Shown here in pieces: positions 1 to 8,267 of a stretch of 28,156 nt of DNA (position 1 is its first letter; every line of letters begins with the position of its first letter). The stretch comes from a virus (Duplodnaviria > Caudoviricetes), in IMG/VR virus record IMGVR_UViG_3300005805_000355, positions 1-28,156 of that record; one strand, written 5' to 3'. A model generated the notes under the pieces. It made no database searches. It worked only from the letters and a program-made list of their open reading frames with translations, and was not told where the DNA came from. The translations under genes and the position numbers were made by a program.

Positions 1-99
1 CCACAGCTCTGGGTGGCCTTTCTTCGTTCTCGCCCTGGATCACATCCAGCACATGAAATGCAGGGCGCACCACGATGTACCCTGTGGTAAAAAGAGAGT
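1..99. repeat. Terminal direct repeat, left copy (assembly overlap of a circular contig)
   Basis: Positions 1-99 are identical to 28058-28156, and an ORF reads in frame across the join. Confidence 0.95.
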
Positions 100-847
100 C
101 ACCGATGGTCATCCTGGCACCCATCACGATGCCCTTCCGCATCTGTGTGCCTGGCGCAATCGGCAGGGTCTGCGATGTGCCATAGACCAGCACCGGGGTG
201 GTATCTGTCGCCACCATTCTGGTGCCGATGTCCACTTCCCAGTTGTAGGTGATCGAAAACTTGCGCTGGTCTGCCGGATCCTGCTGCACATCTGCACCGA
301 TAAACAGCATCAGCGCACCCCTGATGCTGTGAAGCTTTCGATCCTGTGCAGCTATCTGATCCAGATCCCTGGTGCTGCCTTCGTATTTGACCTTTAGGCT
401 GCGGACGATCCTGCTCTCCCTGATGTCCATTGTCTTTACACTGAAAACCTCTTTGATCGCCTGCACCGATCCGGATCTGGTCACCATGCGCTGCTGGAAC
501 ATGAACGGGATTTTGACGGTTTCCTTGCGATAGGCCCAGCCGAAGAACGGATCATCACGCTGCTCTTCTGGTGCCTCCAGCACCCTGAACTTTCCGATGT
601 CAGCTGTGCTGTATGTGGCTGTGACGACGAACAGCCTATTGCCTGCTCTGGGCTGGATGTCGATCCTGTCCAATTCGAGCTTGGGTACACCTGGGAAGAC
701 CTGTGTGCTGGCATCAGCATAGAAGGCTGCCACAGCTGCCGCTTCGTTGCTGGCCTCCAGCACTCGAAAGACTCGCCTGCCGGCCATCGTCTTGTTCGTA
801 TCCTCTGAAAGGTTGCGCTGGTCGATCAGCTCTGCGATGGTTGCCAT
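1..847 (-). CDS. 5' part of a 303-aa junction-spanning putative distal-tail/tail-tip hub protein (continues at 28057 down to 27993); missing from the ORF track
   Basis: ATG at 847 lies 1 nt after the tape-measure stop. Manual translation MATIAELIDQRNLSEDTNKTMAGRRVFRV...RPPRAV stays open to position 1 and continues AILPYDTDDLGWRSLPGMVPL* after circularisation. Function is inferred from position after the tape measure. Confidence 0.8.
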   Translation of the reverse strand, partial: MATIAELIDQRNLSEDTNKTMAGRRVFRVLEASNEAAAVAAFYADASTQVFPGVPKLELDRIDIQPRAGNRLFVVTATYSTADIGKFRVLEAPEEQRDDPFFGWAYRKETVKIPFMFQQRMVTRSGSVQAIKEVFSVKTMDIRESRIVRSLKVKYEGSTRDLDQIAAQDRKLHSIRGALMLFIGADVQQDPADQRKFSITYNWEVDIGTRMVATDTTPVLVYGTSQTLPIAPGTQMRKGIVMGARMTIGDSLFTTGYIVVRPAFHVLDVIQGENEERPPRAV

Positions 848-848
848 A

Positions 849-2036
849 TCAGCGCTCCACTCCGGTCTTGGAAATCAGCACTTCCATCAGCTGCGCCACC
901 CGGCCAATGCCCACCTCCAGCTGATTCGTGCTGTATAGGCTGTTGATTTCGTCACGCAGACCCGCAAAGGCTGCACGCTGTGCCTCAGCAAAGGCCTCTG
1001 CCTGCTGTCTGGCCTGCAGCCTGGTCGCCTCATCCTCTTTGGCTTTCTTATCGTCTAGGTCTTTCAGCTCTTGATCCAGCTGCTGCTTCAGCAGACGCAG
1101 CCTTTCCTGGTGGATTTTGTTGAGATTCGCTGCGTCTTTGTTGCCAGCGTTTTTGCGCATCGCATCTTCGATGGCAGCCTTTTTGTCTTCGTAGTCTGCC
1201 AGCATGCGCTCCCTGGGGCCCATCAGCTGCTTTTCGAGCTCTCGATTCTTCTGGGCCTCTGTCCGCTCTGTCTGTCGCACCTGCTCATCGGCGTTTCGTT
1301 TGATGGTGTCCAGCTCTTCACGATACTGCTGCCGGGCGTCTGCTGCCCGATCCGTTGCCCTCTGTTTCGCTGCGTCACGCTCTGCCTGTTGTTTGGCCTC
1401 TGGCAATTTCGCTGCAGCCTCCAGCTCAGCGTTATAAACTCTGTTGATGTCATCGATGCGCTTCTGATAGGCATCGTCCAGCTGCCTGATTTCTCGCTCG
1501 ATTCCCTGCGTCCTGTCGATCAGGCGCTGCTTGTCCAGCGCTGCACCCTCTGCGGCCAGGCGCAGCAGATCCTGGCGCCCCTCTGCCTCAACCCGGCTGC
1601 GCTCTTTCAACTTTTCGATTAGGAAGGTCACCGCTGTGGTGATCAGACCGATCCAGCCCAGCGCTGCTGTGATCGCACCGATGGTGCTTTGCACTGCTCC
1701 AACGATGCCACGGAACCCAGCTGTGGCTGTGGTGATGCTCTGGGTCAGGCCTGCCACGCCAGATTGCGCAGCCTTGGCCTTCGCAGCCTGATCGCCCAGT
1801 GTCTGATTGAAACGCCCACTGGCAGCTGCTGCTGCTGCCATGCCCGCTGCCTGGTCTGTTGCGGTCTGCGGTCGCCCACCAGGCGCAGCACCACCAGCAG
1901 CCACCTGCGCCTGCATCCTGCCCAGGCTCGCCTGTACGCTGCCCTCAGCCTGTTTTAGGCTGGCCTCCAATGGCGCCACATTGCCTGTGATTTCGATCAG
2001 GCCCTTGGCCAGCGATCCGCCACCTGCCTGGCTCAT
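849..2036 (-). CDS. Tail tape measure protein (short, 395 aa)
   Basis: TMP-like N-terminus (IEITGNVAPLEASLKQAE), Ala/Gly-rich region, one hydrophobic segment (ITAALGWIGLITTAVTFLI), long charged coiled coil; directly follows the tail tube gene. Confidence 0.75.
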   Translation of the reverse strand: MSQAGGGSLAKGLIEITGNVAPLEASLKQAEGSVQASLGRMQAQVAAGGAAPGGRPQTATDQAAGMAAAAAASGRFNQTLGDQAAKAKAAQSGVAGLTQSITTATAGFRGIVGAVQSTIGAITAALGWIGLITTAVTFLIEKLKERSRVEAEGRQDLLRLAAEGAALDKQRLIDRTQGIEREIRQLDDAYQKRIDDINRVYNAELEAAAKLPEAKQQAERDAAKQRATDRAADARQQYREELDTIKRNADEQVRQTERTEAQKNRELEKQLMGPRERMLADYEDKKAAIEDAMRKNAGNKDAANLNKIHQERLRLLKQQLDQELKDLDDKKAKEDEATRLQARQQAEAFAEAQRAAFAGLRDEINSLYSTNQLEVGIGRVAQLMEVLISKTGVER

Positions 2037-2044
2037 CCGTCACC

Positions 2045-2851
2045 TCATGCTGATGCTATGGTTCCGAAGAAGCGCAGCTGGCCACTGATCTTGATTACCT
2101 GGCTCACAGCGCACTCAATGCTCAGGCTGCGCAGGTAGCAGTTGGCGGTGTATGTGCGCCCAGTGTATGTGGTGAATGTGATGTTCGGTGTGCCAGCAGC
2201 CAGATCAAAGCTGGCGCCTGTCCAGGCTCCGTTGCCTCTGATCGCTGTGCCAGCGCCTGCCTCTGTGCAGCTGCCCGATCCTGTGAAGCTGTATGCCAGC
2301 ACCTGCTTTTCTTGTTTGCGCACCGCATGCCCTAGCTGTCTGGTGATGATATTGCCGGCCAGGCTCTTGGTGTCAGTCAGGGCGAAGGTAGCAGCCTTGC
2401 CCAGGCTGTTCGGGCTGAGTGGCAGGGTCACCTTCGTATCGTTGACAGCATGTGCGTTGTAGCTGCCAGACCACCGGTAGATGCCCGATGGCATGTAGGT
2501 CTTGAACTCCGGATCGGTGGCGTTGAAACTGGTGATGTCCTGCTCGCCGAAATCGTAATCAAGCTTCCAGTCCGTCACATATTGGGTGTATCCGTCTGTG
2601 ATCGTCACCAGGCCGGCGTTGCCTACTCTGGGGCTGCTCTTTGGATAGAACCCCGAAAAGCTCGCTGTGCCAGACATCAGGCCAGTCAGGTTTTCCACAG
2701 CTGCTGCGGTATTTACCAGCTCTGTCACATCGAACTCATCGACATCCAGCGCCACTGACATCTCAGACACTCTGAGCGCTGTGAACAACGCCGCCACATC
2801 GCCACCGGTAGCGCTCACAACTGCCACCGATCCTGTCACCGGAACGCCCAT
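2045..2851 (-). CDS. Major tail tube protein with internally duplicated motifs
   Basis: Tail-tube-like motifs (DEFDVTE / GEQDITS, GLMSGTASFSG, YSFTGSG); GAGGAGG RBS; located between the tail terminator and the TMP. Confidence 0.7.
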   Translation of the reverse strand: MGVPVTGSVAVVSATGGDVAALFTALRVSEMSVALDVDEFDVTELVNTAAAVENLTGLMSGTASFSGFYPKSSPRVGNAGLVTITDGYTQYVTDWKLDYDFGEQDITSFNATDPEFKTYMPSGIYRWSGSYNAHAVNDTKVTLPLSPNSLGKAATFALTDTKSLAGNIITRQLGHAVRKQEKQVLAYSFTGSGSCTEAGAGTAIRGNGAWTGASFDLAAGTPNITFTTYTGRTYTANCYLRSLSIECAVSQVIKISGQLRFFGTIASA

Positions 2852-2863
2852 AGGTCAGCCTCC

Positions 2864-3364
2864 TCAAACATTCACAGCCTGATTCGCCACCCGGCCTGTG
2901 AATACCAGGGTGGCCATATTTGCCTGCAGTGTATCGGCAGGCATGATGCCTGTCGTCTGAACGCTCAGATGGCTGGCCACAGCGCCCTGCACATTGGTGG
3001 TGCCCAGCGCTGGCAAGCTCAGCAGATGATTGTGGAACCCATATGTGGGCGCTGTCCGGCTGCCGGTCGCCAGCATCGCATCACCCAGCAAACGATCAAC
3101 CAGCACCTCCAGCCGGCTGGTGCCCTGGGTGTCCTCATCGTACACATCGAAGCTAATGCGCACTTCGCCATCGATGCCAGTCAGATTCAGATCCGCCTGC
3201 CAATCTACGCTGTAGACCAGGAAGGGAAATGTCAGGCCATTGGGATTGGCCCTGTTATAGCTCGCACCACCAGCCAAAGCAGACGCCCATGCGCTGCCTG
3301 TCCACAGCGTACCATCGGCCTTCAGTCTGGTCAGGATCGCTCTGGCTGTCACAGCTGGATTCAT
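2864..3364 (-). CDS. Tail terminator/tail completion protein (lambda gpU / SPP1 gp17-like)
   Basis: Pattern AILTRLKAD...FPFLVY...ISFDVY typical of tail terminators; synteny. Confidence 0.65.
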   Translation of the reverse strand: MNPAVTARAILTRLKADGTLWTGSAWASALAGGASYNRANPNGLTFPFLVYSVDWQADLNLTGIDGEVRISFDVYDEDTQGTSRLEVLVDRLLGDAMLATGSRTAPTYGFHNHLLSLPALGTTNVQGAVASHLSVQTTGIMPADTLQANMATLVFTGRVANQAVNV

Positions 3365-4026
3365 GCCATAGGCCCCTTGAGAATCACCCCGAAAGCCCTG
3401 CCCTGCAGCTGTCGCTGCACCACTCTTGACCAGGCAAACCAGGCTTTTTCACCACGAAACCTGTCCAAAGCAGGCCTCAAAAACGGCCTTTTTTCGATAT
3501 AAACCCAGGGTTTTAGCACGAAAACCGGTGTGCCTTCATCCCGAACTTCGATGCGCTTGCCTCTGCTTGTGCGGTAAAACTGGAACTTTTGGGTGAAACC
3601 ACCCACCAAAAGCGCCCTGCCTTTGCCCTTTTTCTTGCTAATAATCAGCCTAAAATCATAATCACGCAGGCTGCGCAGCCCTTTTTGCTCAGAAAAACGC
3701 ATGGCAGCGGTGTTGATCGGGACGGTAAGCATCCGCTTGTTCACCGGTCGGATCACCCCACCATGCTCCAGAACGCCAGCATACCGCACTCTCGATGTCA
3801 CCAGCGCCGATGTGGCTGTTTGGACAGCGCCAAGGGTACCGTACAGGCCACCACTCTGCCTGCGCCGGTTCGGCATGGCACCTGGCCTGCTGGCTTTGAA
3901 TCTGCCCAGGCTCGGCGCTCGCTGCTGGATGTCGATCACGATTTCCTTGCCAACAGCCAGGTAGCCTGCCAGCGCTGCGGCCTTCGTCACCTGCACGAAC
4001 TCTGCGAAGCGTTTCACCAGGCTCAT
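3361..4026 (-). CDS. Neck/tail-completion protein (HK97 gp10 / Mu gpG-like)
   Basis: Basic protein with YAGVLEHGGVIRP and RPFLRPALDR motifs; start reassigned to ATG 4026 just after the upstream stop at 4028. Confidence 0.65.
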   Translation of the reverse strand: MSLVKRFAEFVQVTKAAALAGYLAVGKEIVIDIQQRAPSLGRFKASRPGAMPNRRRQSGGLYGTLGAVQTATSALVTSRVRYAGVLEHGGVIRPVNKRMLTVPINTAAMRFSEQKGLRSLRDYDFRLIISKKKGKGRALLVGGFTQKFQFYRTSRGKRIEVRDEGTPVFVLKPWVYIEKRPFLRPALDRFRGEKAWFAWSRVVQRQLQGRAFGVILKGPMA

Positions 4027-4027
4027 A

Positions 4028-4405
4028 TCAGGTTTCCCTGCTGCAGTTGACCTGATAAACAACGCCATGACTGCACAGATCCAGCGCCTCACCATCCACC
4101 TGGTATGTCACGCCATCGATCGCCAGGCTGCTGATGTGATTCAGCTGGGCACTGGTCAGCGCTGTGCCATCTGTCGCCTTCGGCAGCAGGTAGCAGCTGA
4201 ATAGCGTCCTCCCTGTTTCACGCTTGTAAATGCTCGCATCGCTGCTGCTGTTCGGCTGCAGATTGCAGGGCACGGTATATGTGCTGCCACTGGTGATGTC
4301 AAAGCTGCCGGCTGTCTCTTGGCTGGTGCTGCGCACTGTGATGGTCGCCAGCTGTCGCATCTGCCAGAACGGGGATGGCATGCTGGATGGTGGTGCAAAT
4401 GGCAT
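4028..4405 (-). CDS. Head closure/stopper protein (SPP1 gp16-like)
   Basis: 125-aa beta-rich protein (VPCNLQP, IDGVTYQV) between the adaptor and the neck gene. Confidence 0.6.
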   Translation of the reverse strand: MPFAPPSSMPSPFWQMRQLATITVRSTSQETAGSFDITSGSTYTVPCNLQPNSSSDASIYKRETGRTLFSCYLLPKATDGTALTSAQLNHISSLAIDGVTYQVDGEALDLCSHGVVYQVNCSRET

Positions 4406-5022
4406 TACAGCACCCCACCACCACGCAGCGAACGCATCAGGCCCATCTGCGCAGATGCTGCAGCCTCTGGGCTGGCATAGGTAACAGACCAGCCACCTAA
4501 GCTCTGGCTCGCAATGCTGGTGTCACGCCTGATGCTGGCATACAGGCCATCCACCATGCGCTTGACAGCGCCTTTGACATCGGCAGCCGGCGCTGGTGTC
4601 ACATAGACCACCCGAACACGGTTCCACCTGGGTGACCAGCTCCAGTCAGACAGCACCTCACGATCAGCATCTGCGTCCCGGATCACCCTGCCCTGCTGAG
4701 AATCGTTCAGAGTCACGATGCCAAGCATGGTGTCCAGGCGCCAGCGGGATGAATCCACAGCTGTGCCAAGCGTGTTGTCTGACAGGATCGGGGTGATGCT
4801 GGTGATGCTGCTCACAGGATACTCACGCAGCTGCAGCTCGCCGCTGTCGCTGGTGTAGTCTTCGGTTCTGGTGGCAGCTTCGAAGCCGGTACTAGGGTCA
4901 CGATAGCAGGCCTTCCGCAGCGCTGCTGTGGCCTCATCGATCACATCCTGCAGCCTGGTATCATCGCCGGTGCCAGTGATGCCAGCATGCGTTTTGTATT
5001 CTGCCAGGGTGATGATCGGCAT
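4405..5022 (-). CDS. Head-tail adaptor/connector (HK97 gp6 / SPP1 gp15-like)
   Basis: N-terminal ITLAEYKTHAGI...DDTRLQDVIDEATA, LREYPVSSITSI, C-terminal SQSLGGWSVTY motifs. Confidence 0.8.
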   Translation of the reverse strand: MPIITLAEYKTHAGITGTGDDTRLQDVIDEATAALRKACYRDPSTGFEAATRTEDYTSDSGELQLREYPVSSITSITPILSDNTLGTAVDSSRWRLDTMLGIVTLNDSQQGRVIRDADADREVLSDWSWSPRWNRVRVVYVTPAPAADVKGAVKRMVDGLYASIRRDTSIASQSLGGWSVTYASPEAAASAQMGLMRSLRGGGVL

Positions 5023-5031
5023 GCCAGCACC

Positions 5032-5580
5032 TCAGTTGATCGCCATTACCAGCAGCTCGATTGCCTGATCGGTGCCACCTGTCACCACGCCGGCTGTCTG
5101 GGTCAGCGCCAGCAGATACTGTGCGCCAAGCAAATCGGTGCCAGTGATATCGTAGATGTCCGAATAACGGTATGTGGTGTCACGATACCCTGCGGTTGTG
5201 GGGGTCAGCGTCACACCTGTGCTGCCAGCAGCAGGGTTGTCCAGTCTGCTCCAGGTGATGCTGCCATCAGTCAGGAAGACGCCTGTGCTTTGGGTGTAGC
5301 TCGCAGCTGGGCCCCAGCCACCATAGATGCAAACCACCGGGCTGGTGGTCACGCCTGTAATCAGCTTGGTTCTCAGGCGCATCAGCAGCCTGGTGCAGCT
5401 GGGCAGCTCCACTGGCACCACATTCGTGCCGGCATAGGTGCCAGGGTTCAGCAGCACTGTGCTGGTTTCGGCTGTGGCACTCAGATCACGATGCGCCACA
5501 GTCCACTGCCCACGCACTGACACAGGGTAGCTGATCGCACCATCCTGCGCTTGCACACCCATCTTCACACCAGCTGCCAT
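5032..5580 (-). CDS. Putative virion structural protein (Thr/Gly-rich, beta-rich)
   Basis: GGTGAGGTG RBS; lies between the capsid-accessory gene and the adaptor; composition typical of virion proteins. Confidence 0.5.
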   Translation of the reverse strand: MAAGVKMGVQAQDGAISYPVSVRGQWTVAHRDLSATAETSTVLLNPGTYAGTNVVPVELPSCTRLLMRLRTKLITGVTTSPVVCIYGGWGPAASYTQSTGVFLTDGSITWSRLDNPAAGSTGVTLTPTTAGYRDTTYRYSDIYDITGTDLLGAQYLLALTQTAGVVTGGTDQAIELLVMAIN

Positions 5581-5665
5581 ATGTCACCTCACCTGAAATG
5601 GCCAGGCCCTGTTGCGCAGGGCGCTGGCACTGGCAGGTGCCCAACACGGGGCACCGGAGAGAGAG

Positions 5666-5700
5666 AAAACCAGGCAGGTACCTGGATGGCACCTGCCCAG
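5666..5700 (-). terminator. Rho-independent terminator after the capsid and decoration genes
   Basis: Minus strand CTGGGCAGGTGCC-ATCCA-GGTACCTGCCTGG forms a 13-bp stem with G-U pairs, followed by TTTTCTCTCTC. Confidence 0.65.
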
Positions 5701-5712
5701 GGAAGGAAGATG

Positions 5713-6135
5713 TCAGACGATTACCAGACTCTGCTTCAACCCGTAGGTTGTCGCATCGACCGGCGACACATCGCCACGGGTCAGCACAGCGATCACGCTC
5801 ACCAGCGTAGCGCCGGCGCCGGGATCCACCACAGGCTTGATGTATCGCTTCTGCTTGCGCACATCGACAGACACAGCAGACGCCTTGCCGTTGTCAGTGG
5901 TCGCCGTGAAGTTGGTCAGGGTGGTGCCGCTGATGTCAGCATATCCGCTGCCGCTGGCATCGCTGGTGGTCAGCTTCAGGCTTTCAGTGTCAGCAGCGAT
6001 GGTGCCGAACTGGAAGATGAAGGTGGCTGTTTCGTATCCGCTGCAGTCCACTGCCGTAGTGGTCGCAGCGGTGCCGTTGATGCTGATCGGCGCCAGGCTC
6101 ACCACGAACTTTGCGCCTTGAATTTCTTGAGGCAT
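5713..6135 (-). CDS. Putative capsid decoration/cement protein
   Basis: 140-aa beta-sandwich-like protein immediately after the MCP with a strong AAGGAG RBS and a shared terminator. Confidence 0.55.
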   Translation of the reverse strand: MPQEIQGAKFVVSLAPISINGTAATTTAVDCSGYETATFIFQFGTIAADTESLKLTTSDASGSGYADISGTTLTNFTATTDNGKASAVSVDVRKQKRYIKPVVDPGAGATLVSVIAVLTRGDVSPVDATTYGLKQSLVIV

Positions 6136-6155
6136 TGCTAAAACTCCTTTGTTTT

Positions 6156-7574
6156 TTAGGCGCCCGTTGCGAGTCCGACCACAGCGCCGGGGATCCGGCT
6201 GGCTGCGGTGGCGCTGGTGTTGCCGATGTCATGCACAGTGATTCCGAAGCGATTGGTGCCACGGAATGCGGTGGTATCTGATGCGAAGCCTACGCTGGCA
6301 TCGCTGGCGATCGTCATGCCACCACCCACCTGAGTGGCTTTGGCAGCCAAATTGAACGCACCGAACAGACAGCAGATTTGCGATGCTGCTGCGATACGGG
6401 GCATCACCTGCGAGAAGACCACCGGATAGCCAAGGAACAGCTGCTGGCGCATACCGTTCTCGATTTCGATGCTGGTCACGCCACCTGACGCCAGCGCCAG
6501 CTTGGCCATCGTGTTGAAATAAAACTCTTTGTGGCAGACCCAGACAGGGTTGGCCTGATCGACATAGGCTGGGGGACGCCCCACCACTGCCTCAAAATCT
6601 GCCAGGACAAGGCTGCTGTAGCTCGCAGATCCTGTGCCCACCACCACGCCGGCGTTGTTGGCAACCGTCGCATCAGTCAAAAGCTTCGTGCGGAACCCGG
6701 TGTGGGTGCCGTAGGTGCTGGTTCCATCGCCATTAAACGCTGCCTCATCCTCTTTGTCAGCGAATGCATACGCATGCTCTCTTGCGACAAAATCGCCGAA
6801 ATTGATGGCGCTGTCGTTCACCAGCTCATTCGAGACATAGGTAAGCGCAGTCATCTTGTTGGCGATCACCTGCACCACATTGGTGGCGACATCGCTGGCA
6901 GTGATGCTGCCGGCCTCACCAGCCCAATAAACAGTCACGCCACCTGTGCGCCGGGGGAACTGCACCACATCGCTGCCGACAGTCTGCACATCCATCACCT
7001 GTCGGGCTGCGCCACGCAATTCTTTCAGCTCGATCAGGCTGGGAATGAAGATGTCCGGGACAGTCGCACCACCGGAGCTGATGTTGCTGGTGATGTTGGC
7101 CTTGGCAAGCAGGCTGCGCTCATCGGCCTTCAGGGTCGCCGGCATGGTAACGCTCTTGTACCAGGCACCGAAAAGCTCTGCCTCATCTGATGTGGCAAAG
7201 CTCGTCTGCTTGCGCCCAGCGAAATCACGCCCGCTCTTGGCTTTCTTATCGTAGGCTTTGCGCTGGGCGTTGCCGATCGCAAAGGTCTGCGGTGCAGCCT
7301 CTGCGCCGATCACGCCAGACATCGCCTCAGCGCTGGCTGAACGGGATTTGACCCGAGCCAGCTCATCCTGCAATTCTTGAATCTTGTTCGCCTGTTCCAT
7401 GTTTGTCCTCTGGGCCTGTGACGCAGCAGCACATGCTGCCAGGTCGATGGTCTGGCCCTGGTGTTTGATCACGATGTTGTTGGTTTTTGCAAAGGCCTGC
7501 ACAGCGCCCACATCGTCCTCAGCGCCGGTGTAGCCTTCAGCCTGCATGGCTGTGATGATTGATTTCCACTGCAC
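6156..7574 (-). CDS. Major capsid protein, HK97 fold (472 aa)
   Basis: GGATVPDIF, WAGEAGSI, VSNELVNDS, EDEAAFNGDGT and LFLGYPVVFS motifs; start reassigned to GTG 7574 behind GAGGAGG. Confidence 0.92.
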   Translation of the reverse strand: MQWKSIITAMQAEGYTGAEDDVGAVQAFAKTNNIVIKHQGQTIDLAACAAASQAQRTNMEQANKIQELQDELARVKSRSASAEAMSGVIGAEAAPQTFAIGNAQRKAYDKKAKSGRDFAGRKQTSFATSDEAELFGAWYKSVTMPATLKADERSLLAKANITSNISSGGATVPDIFIPSLIELKELRGAARQVMDVQTVGSDVVQFPRRTGGVTVYWAGEAGSITASDVATNVVQVIANKMTALTYVSNELVNDSAINFGDFVAREHAYAFADKEDEAAFNGDGTSTYGTHTGFRTKLLTDATVANNAGVVVGTGSASYSSLVLADFEAVVGRPPAYVDQANPVWVCHKEFYFNTMAKLALASGGVTSIEIENGMRQQLFLGYPVVFSQVMPRIAAASQICCLFGAFNLAAKATQVGGGMTIASDASVGFASDTTAFRGTNRFGITVHDIGNTSATAASRIPGAVVGLATGA

Positions 7575-7658
7575 TGGAAACCTCCTCTTGCGCTGTGGCT
7601 CAGACGAACTCAGCGCACACATGTGGGCTGGAGTTGGGCTGATCGGCATCGCTGCTGC

Positions 7659-8267
7659 TCAGATGATAACGATCGTTTTTGGTTCTGCTGTCGCCGCTGG
7701 TGTCAGATCGCTCTGCGCTGTGCCGTTCATCGGGAATGCGGTGTAGCTCACCTCCAGCAGCTTCCAGTTTCGATGGATCATCCTGGCGCCAGGGAACCTG
7801 GCCTGCTCATCTGCGCTGGGTGGCCCGTAGTCCACAGCTTCAAAACCGATGCTCTGTCCGATGTTGCCGGCTGCGGCCAGCGCTCGCACCTGCGCCACCA
7901 GCGGGTTGGCTGGGTTGTCGATCAGCACGGATTCCACGATGATGCCTTCGGGCTTGCTGATGATGTTCCGGAGTTTGCCCACAGCGCTCATGGCTGTATA
8001 TTCGTGATCCACGAATAGGGTCTTGTTCAGCCTGAAATACGCTGGATCCATTCCAGATGGCAGCACCACATCACCCTCAAGATCCACTGCGGTAGTGGTC
8101 GCCCAGGCTCTGATCTGTGTGGGCTGGTCAGCCGGCACATCGACCAGCATGCCAGACATATCAGCTGGCCCCTTCATGCGCAGGGTGCCACGCTTGTAAA
8201 GCCTGTAGTGTTTGCGACACAGCCGTTCCCAGGCCAGCGCCTGCGCCTCAGTCATCGCCTCAGTCAT
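7659..8267 (-). CDS. Prohead maturation protease (HK97 gp4-like)
   Basis: VDLEGDVV, LFVDHE, SIGF and LLEVSYTAFPMN motifs; GAGGAG RBS before ATG 8267. Confidence 0.85.
   Translation of the reverse strand: MTEAMTEAQALAWERLCRKHYRLYKRGTLRMKGPADMSGMLVDVPADQPTQIRAWATTTAVDLEGDVVLPSGMDPAYFRLNKTLFVDHEYTAMSAVGKLRNIISKPEGIIVESVLIDNPANPLVAQVRALAAAGNIGQSIGFEAVDYGPPSADEQARFPGARMIHRNWKLLEVSYTAFPMNGTAQSDLTPAATAEPKTIVII

Noticed and set aside
1-99. 99-bp terminal repeat as a biological DTR or att site
   Set aside because: It lies inside a coding sequence and its length matches a common assembler k-mer, so it is best explained as circular overlap.
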